DNA of 32,000 bases from Nitratidesulfovibrio vulgaris str. Hildenborough (GCF_000195755.1 NC_002937.3:3150001-3182000); one strand, 5' to 3'; positions 7,385-16,017 are shown, counted from the first letter of the stretch. Program-made: numbers and translations. Notes: generated by a model not told the origin, from the sequence alone.

Positions 7385-9538
7385 ATGCAGAACAGCAAGA
7401 CGCTGAAGGAATACCGCAAGGAACTGCAGGAGTCGCTGGACAACGAATTCCTGCGCAACGCCATGGACAAGTTCGCCGTGGCCTACCGCGCCAGCCGCGC
7501 CAACGCCTTCAAGGACATCGACGAGAAGGCCATCATCGCCGAAGTGGCCGACGCGAAGGACCACGCCGCCAAGAACATGGACACCCTCTACGCCCAGTTC
7601 AAGGCCGAGGCCGAGAAGCGCGGCGTGAAGGTGCACCTTGCACGCACCGCCGCCGAAGCCAACGAGATCATCGCCCGCATCGCGCGTGACAACAACTGCA
7701 AGAAGGCCATCAAGTCCAAGTCGATGACGGCGGAAGAGACCCACCTCAACCACCGCCTCGAAGAGGACAACGTCGAAGTCATCGAGACCGACCTTGGCGA
7801 ATGGATCATCCAGATGCGCCATGAAGGCCCCTCGCACATGGTCATGCCCGCCATCCACCTGTCGCGTTATCAGGTGGCCGACCTGTTCAGCGAAGTGACC
7901 AAGCAGAAGCAGGAAGTCGACATCCAGCGTCTGGTGAAGGTGGCACGCCGTGAACTGCGCACCCACTTCGCCACCGCCGACATGGGCATCTCCGGCGCCA
8001 ATTTCGCCGTGGCAGAGACCGGCACCATCGGCCTCGTCACCAACGAAGGCAACGCCCGTCTCGTCACCACCCTGCCCCGCGTGCACGTGGCCCTTGCCGG
8101 TCTCGACAAGCTGGTGCCCACCCTGCACGACGCCCTGCGCTCGCTGAAGGTGCTGCCCCGCAACGCCACCGGTCAGGCCATCACCTCCTATGTGACGTGG
8201 ATCGGCGGCGCCAACGAGTGCGAAGCCTGTGTCGACGGTCGCAAGGAGATGCACATCGTGTTCCTCGACAACGGTCGCCGTGCCCTCGCCGAAGACCCGT
8301 TGTTCTCGCAGGTACTGCGCTGCGTGCGCTGCGGCGCATGCGCCAACGTGTGCCCGGTCTACCGTCTGGTTGGCGGCCACAAGATGGGCCACATCTACAT
8401 CGGCGCCATCGGCCTCATCCTCACCTACTTCTTCCATGGTCGCGACAAGGCCCGCAACCTGGTGCAGAACTGCATCAACTGCGAGTCGTGCAAGCACATC
8501 TGCGCCGGTGGCATCGACCTGCCGCGCCTGATCAAGGAAATCCGCGCCCGCCTGAACGAAGAGGAGGGCATGCCCGTCGAGACCACGTTGATGGGCAAGA
8601 TGCTGAAGAACCGCAAGCTGTTCCACACCTTGCTGCGCTTCGCCAAGTGGGCGCAGAAGCCCGTCACGGGCGGTACCCCCTACATCCGCCACCTGCCGCA
8701 GATATTCGCCAAGGACCATGGCTTCAAGGCGCTGCCCGCCATCGCCGACAAGCCCTTCCGTGACGAATGGGAGACCGTGCGCCCGCGCATCGCCAAGCCC
8801 AAGCTGCGCATCGCGCTGTTCTCGGGTTGCGTGCAGGACTTCGTCTACCCCGAGCAGATGAAGGCCGCCGTGAAGGTCATCGCCAGCCAGAACGTGGACA
8901 TCGACTTCCCCATGGACCAGAGCTGCTGCGGCCTGCCCGTGCAGATGATGGGCGAGCGCGAAGCCACCATCGAAGTGGCCCGCCAGAACGTCATGGCCTT
9001 CGACGCGGCACGGTACGACTACATCGTCACCCTGTGCGCCTCGTGTGCCTCGCACCTGAAGGAGACCTACCCCAAGCTGCTCACAGGGCATCCCGAGATG
9101 ACCACCCGCGTGCGCCAGTTCTCCAACAAGATCATCGACTTCAGCTCGTTCGTCCATGACGTGCTCGGCATGAAGTCCGATGCCTTCAAGGGCGGCTCCA
9201 ACGAGAAGGTCGCCTACCACAGCTCGTGCCACCTGTGCCGTGGTCTTGGTGTGGTGGAACAGCCCCGCAACCTCATCGCCGCCTCCGGCGCGACCTACTG
9301 CAAGGCCGAAGAAGAGGACGTGTGCTGCGGCTTCGGCGGGACGTTCTCCGCCAAGTTCCCCGAACTCTCGGCGGAACTCCTGCGCAAGAAACTCGACAAC
9401 GTCGAAGCCACAGGCGCAGGTCGCCTCGTGGCCGACTGCCCCGGGTGCATCATGCAGCTTCGCGGCGGCATGGAGAAGCGCGGCGGCAAGGTCAAGGTCG
9501 GCCACGTTGCCGAACTGCTGGCCGAGAACCTGAAATAG
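7385..9538 (+). CDS. lutB: Fused LutB-LutA-like Fe-S L-lactate dehydrogenase subunit (LUD/4Fe-4S part + two CCG domains)
   Basis: 717 aa. LutB-like N-terminal part (ADMGISGANFAVAETGTIGLVTNEGNARL). Ferredoxin motifs CVRCGACANVCPVY and CINCESCKHICAGG. The C-terminal third carries two CCG repeats (LFSGCVQDF...SCCGLPV; YHSSCHLCRG...VCCGFGGTF), as in LutA/LldE. Confidence 0.88.
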   Translation: MQNSKTLKEYRKELQESLDNEFLRNAMDKFAVAYRASRANAFKDIDEKAIIAEVADAKDHAAKNMDTLYAQFKAEAEKRGVKVHLARTAAEANEIIARIARDNNCKKAIKSKSMTAEETHLNHRLEEDNVEVIETDLGEWIIQMRHEGPSHMVMPAIHLSRYQVADLFSEVTKQKQEVDIQRLVKVARRELRTHFATADMGISGANFAVAETGTIGLVTNEGNARLVTTLPRVHVALAGLDKLVPTLHDALRSLKVLPRNATGQAITSYVTWIGGANECEACVDGRKEMHIVFLDNGRRALAEDPLFSQVLRCVRCGACANVCPVYRLVGGHKMGHIYIGAIGLILTYFFHGRDKARNLVQNCINCESCKHICAGGIDLPRLIKEIRARLNEEEGMPVETTLMGKMLKNRKLFHTLLRFAKWAQKPVTGGTPYIRHLPQIFAKDHGFKALPAIADKPFRDEWETVRPRIAKPKLRIALFSGCVQDFVYPEQMKAAVKVIASQNVDIDFPMDQSCCGLPVQMMGEREATIEVARQNVMAFDAARYDYIVTLCASCASHLKETYPKLLTGHPEMTTRVRQFSNKIIDFSSFVHDVLGMKSDAFKGGSNEKVAYHSSCHLCRGLGVVEQPRNLIAASGATYCKAEEEDVCCGFGGTFSAKFPELSAELLRKKLDNVEATGAGRLVADCPGCIMQLRGGMEKRGGKVKVGHVAELLAENLK

Positions 9539-9555
9539 CACGACATCGACCAACG

Positions 9556-9586
9556 GGGGGCCGTCGCGACGGCCCCCTTTTTTTTC
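9556..9586 (+). terminator. Rho-independent terminator closing the lactate/pta/ackA operon
   Basis: GGGGGCCGTC (9556-9565) pairs with GACGGCCCCC (9568-9577), followed directly by 8 T (9578-9585). Sits 18 nt after the lutB stop. Confidence 0.85.
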
Positions 9587-9729
9587 GTCATGCGCCAGCA
9601 GCCCTCAACTTCATCGCCTATGTGACGAATGACAGACTAACGGCCTTGCATCCATACGCCGTTGTGTCAGGCTGGTCATGAGGGCATCATGTCCTGCACT
9701 ATCAACATGCATACCACCCCGGGGTACCC

Positions 9730-11541
9730 ATGCTGCGTAACTATTCCATCGCCACGCGCGTCATTGCGCTACTGGTATTCATGGTCCTGTTCGTCGGCGG
9801 CGTCATGGCCGCCTACCATCACACCATCGACAAGGTCTCGGGCCTGGGCGTCGAAGAGACGCAGAAGGTCATGCTCGAACAGGAGAAGATGAAACTCCAG
9901 GTGGCCACGCATTCCGCCAGCCTCGCCCTTGGCGAACTCACGGCGCACCTCACCGATGACGAGGCGAAGGTGGCGGCCATCCGCAAGGCCATCGACGGCA
10001 TCCGCTTCGAGAAGGACAAGTCGGGCTACTTCTTCGTCTACAGGGGCACGGTCAACGTCGCGCTACCGACCAAGAAGGAAGTGCAGGGCAAGGACCTTGG
10101 CGGTGCCAAGGACAAGAACAACGTGTTCTACGTCCGCGAACTTTCCCAGCGCGCCGCACAGGGCGGCGGATTCGTCGAGTACGTCTTCGACAAGCCCGGC
10201 AAGGGCGACCAGCCCAAGCTTGCCTACGCCGAAGCCATTCCCGGCACCGACTACTGGATAGGCACGGGCGTCTACATCGACAACATCGACGCCACCAAGA
10301 CCGCCATCAGCAAGGACATGGGCGACGTGGTCGCAGACGAAGTCACGCGCCTGTTCCTCATCATCGCAGCCGTCCTCGTGCTTGGCGTCATTCCGCTGTG
10401 TGTGCTCATCATCACTGGTATCGTGCGCCCGTTGCGCGAGGCCACGGGCGCGGCGCAGGGGGTCGCCGCCGGCAACCTCGACATCCGCATCGTGGAACAG
10501 GGTCGCGACGAAGTGGCCCAACTTCAGAAGGCCCTCAACAGCATGGTCGCCACACTGCGCACCAACATGGACGACATCAAGGCCAAGGAGGCCGAAGCCA
10601 ACAGGCAGGCCGATGTCGCCCGTGACGCGGCCCGTCAGGCCGACGAGGCGCGCATGAAGGCCGCAGCAGCCACCAGAGAGGGCATGCTGACAGCGGCGTC
10701 ACGTCTCGAAGGTGTTGTGAAGCGCATCAACGGTGCAACCAGCGACCTCGAACGCAGGGCCGGAGACATCGACCGCGGCACGGACAACCAGCTTGCCCGC
10801 ATCGGCGAGACGGCCACCGCCATGGAAGAGATGAACGCCACCGTGCTTGAAGTGGCCCGCAACGCAGGCCGCGCCGCCGAACAGACCGACTCTTCGCGTG
10901 CACAGGCCGAGAACGGCGCCGAGATGGTGAGCCGCACCGTGAAGGCCATGGAGGACCTGAAGCAGCTTGCCACGGGGCTGAAGGACAACATGCACCGCCT
11001 CGGGCAGCAGTCGGAGGCCATCGGGCATGTCATGAACGTCATCAACGACATCGCCGACCAGACCAACCTGCTGGCCCTCAACGCCGCCATCGAAGCGGCC
11101 CGTGCGGGTGAAGCGGGACGCGGCTTCGCCGTCGTGGCCGATGAAGTCCGCAAGCTTGCCGAAAAGACCATGGGTGCGACCAAGGAGGTGGGCGACTCCA
11201 TCCGCGCCATACAGGGACTGGCCCGCACCAACGTCGACTCCATGGACGAAGCCGTCTCCGCCATCGACGGGGCAGCGCGCCTGTCTTCCTCCTCCGGCGA
11301 CCTGCTGAAGGAAATCGTCCGCACGGCCCATGACGCCGCAGGGCAGGTACAGGCCATCGTCGCCGCCGCTGAAGAGCAGTCCGCCGCCAGCGAGGAAATC
11401 ACCCGCAGCGTGGAGGACATCAACCGCATCGCCCGTGACAGCGGCGAACTCATACGCGCCGCCAACAACGACATCCGCGACCTTGCGGAACAGGCCGAAG
11501 AGTTGCATCAGCTCATCAACGCACTCAAGAACGACGCATGA
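9730..11541 (+). CDS. Methyl-accepting chemotaxis protein with periplasmic single-Cache-type sensor, HAMP and MCP signalling domain
   Basis: 603 aa. TM1 [19 protein letters not shown]. The ~150-aa periplasmic part has Cache-like motifs ([39 protein letters not shown]). TM2 [25 protein letters not shown], then HAMP. Invariant hairpin tip [36 protein letters not shown]. Confidence 0.93.
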   Translation: MLRNYSIATRVIALLVFMVLFVGGVMAAYHHTIDKVSGLGVEETQKVMLEQEKMKLQVATHSASLALGELTAHLTDDEAKVAAIRKAIDGIRFEKDKSGYFFVYRGTVNVALPTKKEVQGKDLGGAKDKNNVFYVRELSQRAAQGGGFVEYVFDKPGKGDQPKLAYAEAIPGTDYWIGTGVYIDNIDATKTAISKDMGDVVADEVTRLFLIIAAVLVLGVIPLCVLIITGIVRPLREATGAAQGVAAGNLDIRIVEQGRDEVAQLQKALNSMVATLRTNMDDIKAKEAEANRQADVARDAARQADEARMKAAAATREGMLTAASRLEGVVKRINGATSDLERRAGDIDRGTDNQLARIGETATAMEEMNATVLEVARNAGRAAEQTDSSRAQAENGAEMVSRTVKAMEDLKQLATGLKDNMHRLGQQSEAIGHVMNVINDIADQTNLLALNAAIEAARAGEAGRGFAVVADEVRKLAEKTMGATKEVGDSIRAIQGLARTNVDSMDEAVSAIDGAARLSSSSGDLLKEIVRTAHDAAGQVQAIVAAAEEQSAASEEITRSVEDINRIARDSGELIRAANNDIRDLAEQAEELHQLINALKNDA

Positions 11542-11723
11542 CGGAACGGCGCACGGCTTGCCGGGGGGTGGCCGTACGCCAGCATGGGGGACGGGGTGAG
11601 GCGCACGCCATGCCCACACTCCGGAATGATGAAGAACAGGCGGCGAGGGTGGCGACACCTTCGCCGCCTTCTCGTGTCAGGGGAACGAGGGAGGGACGGG
11701 ACACGCACCCCGCGCCGATGCCG

Positions 11724-12830
11724 TCACCCGCGCAACGACGACAGGACACGGCGGCACAGGCTGCGCAGCAGCACGCCGGGGGCGAAGCTCACATCCTTGA
11801 GCACACCGGGCACCACGAAGCCCCTCCCGTCGAACGCAGAAGGCCCCTCAAGCGGATAGTCCATGTCGGCGGGGTCTGTACCGGGAAACCCTCTGCGGCG
11901 CATCTCGCCCCACAGGGGCACCACAGACGGGTCGAGGCCGATGACCGAACAGCACACGGCATCCAGTGCCGCAGGCGACACCGAGGCCCCCATAAGGCCC
12001 AGGCCGAAGGGTTCGCCCCCCGCAGGGCCGGTGACATGCATGCAGGTGACAGCATCGCACAAGGCCGCCACAGGGGGCAATGCCGCGAAGATGTCCGCCA
12101 CAAGGCCGCCGAAGACCCGCGTATCCGCACCGTGGGTGGTATGCGCCAACGCCTTGCGCACGCCGCACACGCAACCGAAGAGGTTCTTCACCGCGCATGT
12201 CACGCGCATCTGGCAATGGGCCTTGAGGCGAGGGACCGAAAGGATGGCGTCTGCGTCCAGTGCGTGTCGCGAGACGCCTATGGTGGTCGTTCCTCCGCCG
12301 CCGTCCGCCACCTCGACCTGTCGCGGCCCATCAAGCTGGATGACGGCAAGCCCGAGGGGGGCCAGCGCGTCAGCAAGGCCGATGCGCGCCGCAACGCCCT
12401 GCGCCGTCCCGAAGGCCGGAGAATCGCCCACGGTCACGTGCACGCCATGGGCCTGCAACCAGACACAGGCGGCGCGCACCACTTCAGGATGCGTGCAACA
12501 CAGCCCGCTGGGCTGAAACCGCAACAGATTGGGCTTGACCAGCACCCGGGCACCGCAGGCCGGTCGCCATCCCGATGCGTCGAGCACGGCACTCACGGCA
12601 GCCTCGACCGCGAGGCGGTCATAGCCTGAACACCGGGCAAGGGCGACCACGGCACGGGCAGCATCCCCTTGCAGTCCGCGTGTCCCCGGCGATGCATCCT
12701 GCACGCCGTCTGTCACGCCCTCCGCCGGAGGGCATGAACCCGTGGGGGCAGCCGTCGCCGCCTCCGCCCGTCGCCCGTCATCGGGTCGGACTCCACTTGC
12801 CATGGGATGACTGCAATCAGGCCGTGGCAT
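11724..12830 (-). CDS. DUF362-family protein (Cys-rich, no fused ferredoxin domain); function unknown
   Basis: The core matches my memory of DUF362 (ARVLVKPNLL...THPEVV...VGDSP...VPRLKAHCQMRVTCAVKNLFGC...DAVTCMHVTGPAGGEP...VSPAALDAVCCSVIGLDP). 16 Cys. I prefer ATG 12830, preceded by GAGGAAGGGG, over the listed GTG 12845. The first ~60 aa are low-complexity, so the true start could be further in. Confidence 0.7.
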   Translation of the reverse strand: MPRPDCSHPMASGVRPDDGRRAEAATAAPTGSCPPAEGVTDGVQDASPGTRGLQGDAARAVVALARCSGYDRLAVEAAVSAVLDASGWRPACGARVLVKPNLLRFQPSGLCCTHPEVVRAACVWLQAHGVHVTVGDSPAFGTAQGVAARIGLADALAPLGLAVIQLDGPRQVEVADGGGGTTTIGVSRHALDADAILSVPRLKAHCQMRVTCAVKNLFGCVCGVRKALAHTTHGADTRVFGGLVADIFAALPPVAALCDAVTCMHVTGPAGGEPFGLGLMGASVSPAALDAVCCSVIGLDPSVVPLWGEMRRRGFPGTDPADMDYPLEGPSAFDGRGFVVPGVLKDVSFAPGVLLRSLCRRVLSSLRG

Positions 12831-13689
12831 CCGCCCCTTCCTCACCGAAACGGGCCATGGCGGCGACGATCATGCGGGCGTGGGCCTTCTCTTGCGAGGC
12901 GAGGTCGAGAAAGACGCGCGCGGCATCCTCGCCCAGCCCGCTGCCCTGCACCGCCTCGTCCGCGAGGGTGCGGTAGAGGTCGTATGCGGCGAACTCCAGT
13001 TCAAGCGCGAGGTCGGCCACTTCATGGCAATCGCCCGTCGAGGCGGAACGTATCCACGGTTCCAGTTCATCCACGCTGCGTCCGCCTTCGAGGACTCGTC
13101 CTTCCAGTGTCTCGAAGAGCGTCTCGAAGGGAGGCAACTCACCGTCTGCGGCAGCCCACCACTTGCGCAATTCGCGGTAGATGACACGGGCGTGTGCCAC
13201 CTCGACGCCCACCAGCCTGTCCATGAGTTCGCACACCACGGGCCTGCCGCTGGCGGCGCGCACCCGCGTGTAAAGGCCGTGGACAGCCTTCTCCATGTCG
13301 ATGGCACGCAGCAGCAGACTGCGCATGTCGCTGACGTGGGCGAAGGTCGCAAGGCGTGGTTCGTCGGGCACGGTATGGCCGTCCCAAGCCAGAATCCCCC
13401 CCGCAAGGTCGTACAACGGGCCGAGGGTGAGGCCCGATTCCACCGCGAAGGTCAACGCCGCGCGTGAACGCGCCCCGCTTCGGCAGTAGAAGATATGCGT
13501 CCTGCCGGGAACAAGCTCATCGAGACGCGCCTCGACCTCGCCCACAGGAATATGTTTTGCCCCGGGCAGATGCCCCTGACGGTATTCGGCCGGTTCGCGC
13601 ACGTCGACGATCTCATAGTCCGCCTCGTCATGCGTTGCCGTAAGACGCCGTAATTCCTCCGGCGTCATGGTCTCGTAGCCTGCTTTCAT
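12817..13689 (-). CDS. Rhodanese domain fused to a ferritin/rubrerythrin-like four-helix (putative di-iron) domain
   Basis: 290 aa. N-terminal rhodanese (IVDVREPAEYRQGHLPGAKHIP, active-site loop FYCRSGARS). The C-terminal half carries E / ExxH / E / ExxH ligands (MEKAV, VEVAHARV, LELEFAAY, QEKAHARM). GGGGGGAG lies upstream of ATG 13689. Its stop TGA (12817-12819) lies inside the start region of the DUF362 gene. Confidence 0.85.
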   Translation of the reverse strand: MKAGYETMTPEELRRLTATHDEADYEIVDVREPAEYRQGHLPGAKHIPVGEVEARLDELVPGRTHIFYCRSGARSRAALTFAVESGLTLGPLYDLAGGILAWDGHTVPDEPRLATFAHVSDMRSLLLRAIDMEKAVHGLYTRVRAASGRPVVCELMDRLVGVEVAHARVIYRELRKWWAAADGELPPFETLFETLEGRVLEGGRSVDELEPWIRSASTGDCHEVADLALELEFAAYDLYRTLADEAVQGSGLGEDAARVFLDLASQEKAHARMIVAAMARFGEEGADATA

Positions 13690-13788
13690 GGCTCCCCCCT
13701 TCGGGCATCAGCCCATTATGGAACTATGGCGCAACTGGGCGGTCATCGCAATATTCCATCTTTTTTTCGGGGGCAGTGTTTTTTCATG

Positions 13789-13817
13789 TTGACACCATCG
13801 GGCCATAGGGCTAAACA
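13789..13817 (+). promoter_or_regulatory. Sigma70-like promoter for tRNA-Pro (-35 TTGACA, 17-bp spacer, -10 TAAACA)
   Basis: TTGACA at 13789-13794 and TAAACA at 13812-13817, in the lowest-GC stretch of the window. The -10 element ends 14 nt before the mature tRNA 5' end. Sequence inspection only. Confidence 0.45.
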
Positions 13818-13831
13818 CCCTTCTCGCACGT

Positions 13832-13908
13832 CGGGATGTAGCGCAGCCTGGGAGCGCACTTGAATGGGGTTCAAGGGGTCGAAGGTTCAAATCCTTTCAT
13901 CCCGACCA
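13832..13908 (+). tRNA. tRNA-Pro, anticodon GGG, CCA encoded
   Basis: Folded by hand. Acceptor CGGGATG/CATCCCG; D arm GCGC-AGCCTGGGA-GCGC; anticodon arm CTTGA-ATGGGGT-TCAAG (GGG at 13866-13868, G37). Variable loop GGGTC; T arm GAAGG-TTCAAAT-CCTTT; discriminator A plus CCA (13906-13908). Confidence 0.92.
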
Positions 13909-13934
13909 TTTTGCAAAAAGCACGAGATTACCCC

Positions 13935-13969
13935 AAGGGGACCAACGCAAGTTGGTCCCCTTTCTCGTT
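13935..13969 (+). terminator. Rho-independent terminator after tRNA-Pro
   Basis: 12-bp stem AAGGGGACCAAC / GTTGGTCCCCTT with a GCAA tetraloop (13947-13950), followed by a T-rich tail (TCTCGTT). Confidence 0.65.
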
Positions 13970-14142
13970 GATGAAGCGAAATGCAAACGGGCAGCCGGGG
14001 CTACCCGTTCCGAAACGACTGTTCTGCCAGAATAACGCCTGCCGCCCCTGCACCGGTGCATCTTGCACCATGGTACAGGACGTCAACCGCCCGTCTCCCC
14101 CGCAGCAGCCTGCCGCGCTGCCGGATTTCAGTCCCTGCCCCT

Positions 14143-15144
14143 CTACAATCGGTCAGATGCCATGCCCAATCGGCCCTTCTGCCCGACAATGACGCGGTGC
14201 AACGTGCCGTCGCGGCGCATCCTGTCGATGATGGCGTCGACCCGCGGAAGCAGGTGCGCATACCGCCGGTGCAGCACAAGACTCACCGGCACCTTGCGCT
14301 TGAAGGTATAGACCACTTCGAACGCATCGCGGGGCAAGTTCAGACGCTCCCCCCAGTACCGGGCTTCAAGGATGTTGACGATGGCGGCGTCCAGCCTCCC
14401 GGCAGACAGCTTGCGAAGCATGAGGTCGGTACCGGGCGTGTCCTCGCGCTGCATGTTGCCGTGCGCGAAGGCATCGTCGAAGCCATCGGCGTAGACGTAA
14501 CCCGGCAGCGTTCCCACCCGGCAACCGGCCACGCAGTCGGGCCCTCCGGGCCTTCGCACCGCGCCCTTGCGCGCCAGCACCACATTCTCCATTTCGAGGA
14601 TGGGCTTGGAGAAGACCACATGGTCACGCACAGGGCTCATCCATTCGGCCGAAGAGCACGGCAGCATATCCGCACTGCCACGCTCGAACTCCAGCAGGAA
14701 ACGGGGCTTGCTCCGTTCGACCACCGTGGGATGCCTGCCAAGTTCGCGAGCGACATGCAGTGCCACCTCCATGCACATCCCCTGAGGCGTCCCAAGCACA
14801 TCGAGCGAAGAGAAAGGGGGCATCGCACTGGTCACGATACGGAATTCCCCCGACATTCCGTCGGGCATGGAACCTGCGCCGCCGCCCGACTCGGCAGTGA
14901 GGCCGGGTTGGCGTTCGGCATGGGGTGTTTTGAAACCGGTGTCACCGGCACGATGCCCCTCGTCACTCCGTGCCACACCCGATAAAGATGTCACCAGCGC
15001 CAGACAGAAGAGACAGGCCGCCAGCAGTAGGCGCACTTGCGACGCGCGGCCACCGGGAATGCGGCTTGCGCACCCCCCGTTCCGTCGGCGTGTACCGCCT
15101 CCGCCACGACGCTCCGTGATTTTTGAAACCATAGAAAAATGCAT
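14143..15144 (-). CDS. Periplasmic solute-binding protein, family 3 (amino-acid/polar-solute type), orphan (no adjacent permease or ATPase)
   Basis: The body resembles SBP_bac_3 (FRIVTSAMPPFS...GMCMEVALHVAREL...GSADMLPCSS...VFSKPILEMENVVLARKG...RVGTLPGYVYADGF...LRKLSAGRLDAAIVN). Signal-like segment LLLAACLFCLALVTSLSG. The start is uncertain: ATG 15144 or 15132, or GTG 15036, which would give a short classical signal peptide. Confidence 0.75.
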   Translation of the reverse strand: MHFSMVSKITERRGGGGTRRRNGGCASRIPGGRASQVRLLLAACLFCLALVTSLSGVARSDEGHRAGDTGFKTPHAERQPGLTAESGGGAGSMPDGMSGEFRIVTSAMPPFSSLDVLGTPQGMCMEVALHVARELGRHPTVVERSKPRFLLEFERGSADMLPCSSAEWMSPVRDHVVFSKPILEMENVVLARKGAVRRPGGPDCVAGCRVGTLPGYVYADGFDDAFAHGNMQREDTPGTDLMLRKLSAGRLDAAIVNILEARYWGERLNLPRDAFEVVYTFKRKVPVSLVLHRRYAHLLPRVDAIIDRMRRDGTLHRVIVGQKGRLGMASDRL

Positions 15145-15222
15145 GGGAGTACGGTATAGCAACCACAGAGTGTGAGCAACGGCTTGCGCCAAGTACGCCG
15201 CCCATCGACAAGGAGGCCCACC

Positions 15223-15513
15223 ATGCGTTTCATGCGCCTCATCATTGCAGCATCATTGATCCTTCTCGCCGCCTCGCCCGGTATGGCCGCCGACGGCAAG
15301 GCGCTCTTCAATGCCGTGTGTGCCCGCTGCCATGGAACCGACGGCAGCTTCAAACTCAAGGGCAAGACGGCAGTGCAGGTAGAGACGGCCCTTGAGGGCT
15401 ACAGGCAGGGCACCTACGGAGGGCCGCAGAAGGCGACCATGCAACAGCAGGCCGCCCGCCTCTCTCCCGAGGACATCAAGGCCCTCGCAGCCCATATCGC
15501 CACCTTCCAGTGA
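15223..15513 (+). CDS. Monohaem class I c-type cytochrome, c553-like, with signal peptide
   Basis: 96 aa from ATG 15223, preceded by AGGAGG (15211-15216). Signal peptide MRFMRLIIAASLILLAASPGMA. Haem motif CARCH. The distal region YGGPQKATMQQQA...LSPEDIKALAAHI resembles Desulfovibrio c553 (...SYGGERKAMM...SDEELKALADYM, from memory). Confidence 0.85.
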   Translation: MRFMRLIIAASLILLAASPGMAADGKALFNAVCARCHGTDGSFKLKGKTAVQVETALEGYRQGTYGGPQKATMQQQAARLSPEDIKALAAHIATFQ

Positions 15514-15552
15514 CATAGAACGCTCCCTCATACTCAAGACAAGGAGTCGACC

Positions 15553-15789
15553 ATGATGCAACGTCACCTTTGCCTCACCTTCCTCGTCCTCATCCTGTGC
15601 TCAACCCTGCTGGCTGGCTGCGGCTCGAACCGCTACGTTCTCGTGACGAGCGACTATGGCATCCATGTCGCGTCGGGCAAGCCTCGCCTCGACCCCAAGA
15701 ACGACACGTATTCCTTCCGTGACGAGACCGGCAGCGAAGTGGTCATCCCGCGCGCCGACCTCAAGCAGATGCGCGAGATTCGCGACTGA
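15553..15789 (+). CDS. Small lipoprotein, YgdI/YgdR (DUF903)-like
   Basis: 78 aa. AAGGAG lies 6 nt upstream. Lipobox LLAGC. The mature part (SNRYVLVTSDYGIHVASGKPRLDPKNDTYSFRDETGSEVVIPRADLKQMREI) fits the YgdI/YgdR pattern. Starts 39 nt after the cytochrome stop, so probably co-transcribed. Confidence 0.8.
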   Translation: MMQRHLCLTFLVLILCSTLLAGCGSNRYVLVTSDYGIHVASGKPRLDPKNDTYSFRDETGSEVVIPRADLKQMREIRD

Positions 15790-15890
15790 CACCCCCGGCA
15801 GGCACGCGCCTTCTGCACTCGGCCGCTGCGTTCACGCCTGACTGAAGGCACCAGCCGGACGCCGCAAGATGCCGTGACGACACCGCACGA

Positions 15891-15913
15891 GACCCTCCGC
15901 ACGACGGAGGGTC
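15891..15913 (+). terminator. Candidate terminator hairpin after the cytochrome-lipoprotein pair
   Basis: GACCCTCC (15891-15898) / 7-nt loop / GGAGGGTC (15906-15913), followed by TTGCCTTCC. It lies inside the 5' extension of ORF 15874..17049, which argues that this ORF really starts further downstream. Confidence 0.4.
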
Positions 15914-16017
15914 TTGCCTTCCACCACAGAGGCTTGCCTCCTGTCCGTGCCGCACCGAACCGATTCCGGCACCGCACATACCGGAGGGGTTCCGTTCGGC
16001 TTGGCAGGCGTGGCACC

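Noticed and set aside
14049-14060. Palindrome TGCACCGGTGCA, with the related GCACCG-C-CGGTGC at 24073-24085
   Set aside because: These are short, with different spacing geometry from each other and from the GGCAC-N2-GTGCC sites. Such GC-rich palindromes are expected by chance at this composition, so I do not treat them as a motif family.
13909-14142. Possible genomic-island or integration site next to tRNA-Pro
   Set aside because: I saw no integrase, no phage or IS genes, no direct repeat of the tRNA 3' end further along, and no compositional shift. The tRNA is followed by its own terminator and an ordinary convergent gene.
15874-16017. GTG-initiated 5' extension of the GT-A-like ORF
   Set aside because: It contains the terminator-like hairpin 15891-15913 that probably ends the upstream cytochrome-lipoprotein transcript. 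Its sequence is Arg/Pro/Thr-rich and non-protein-like.
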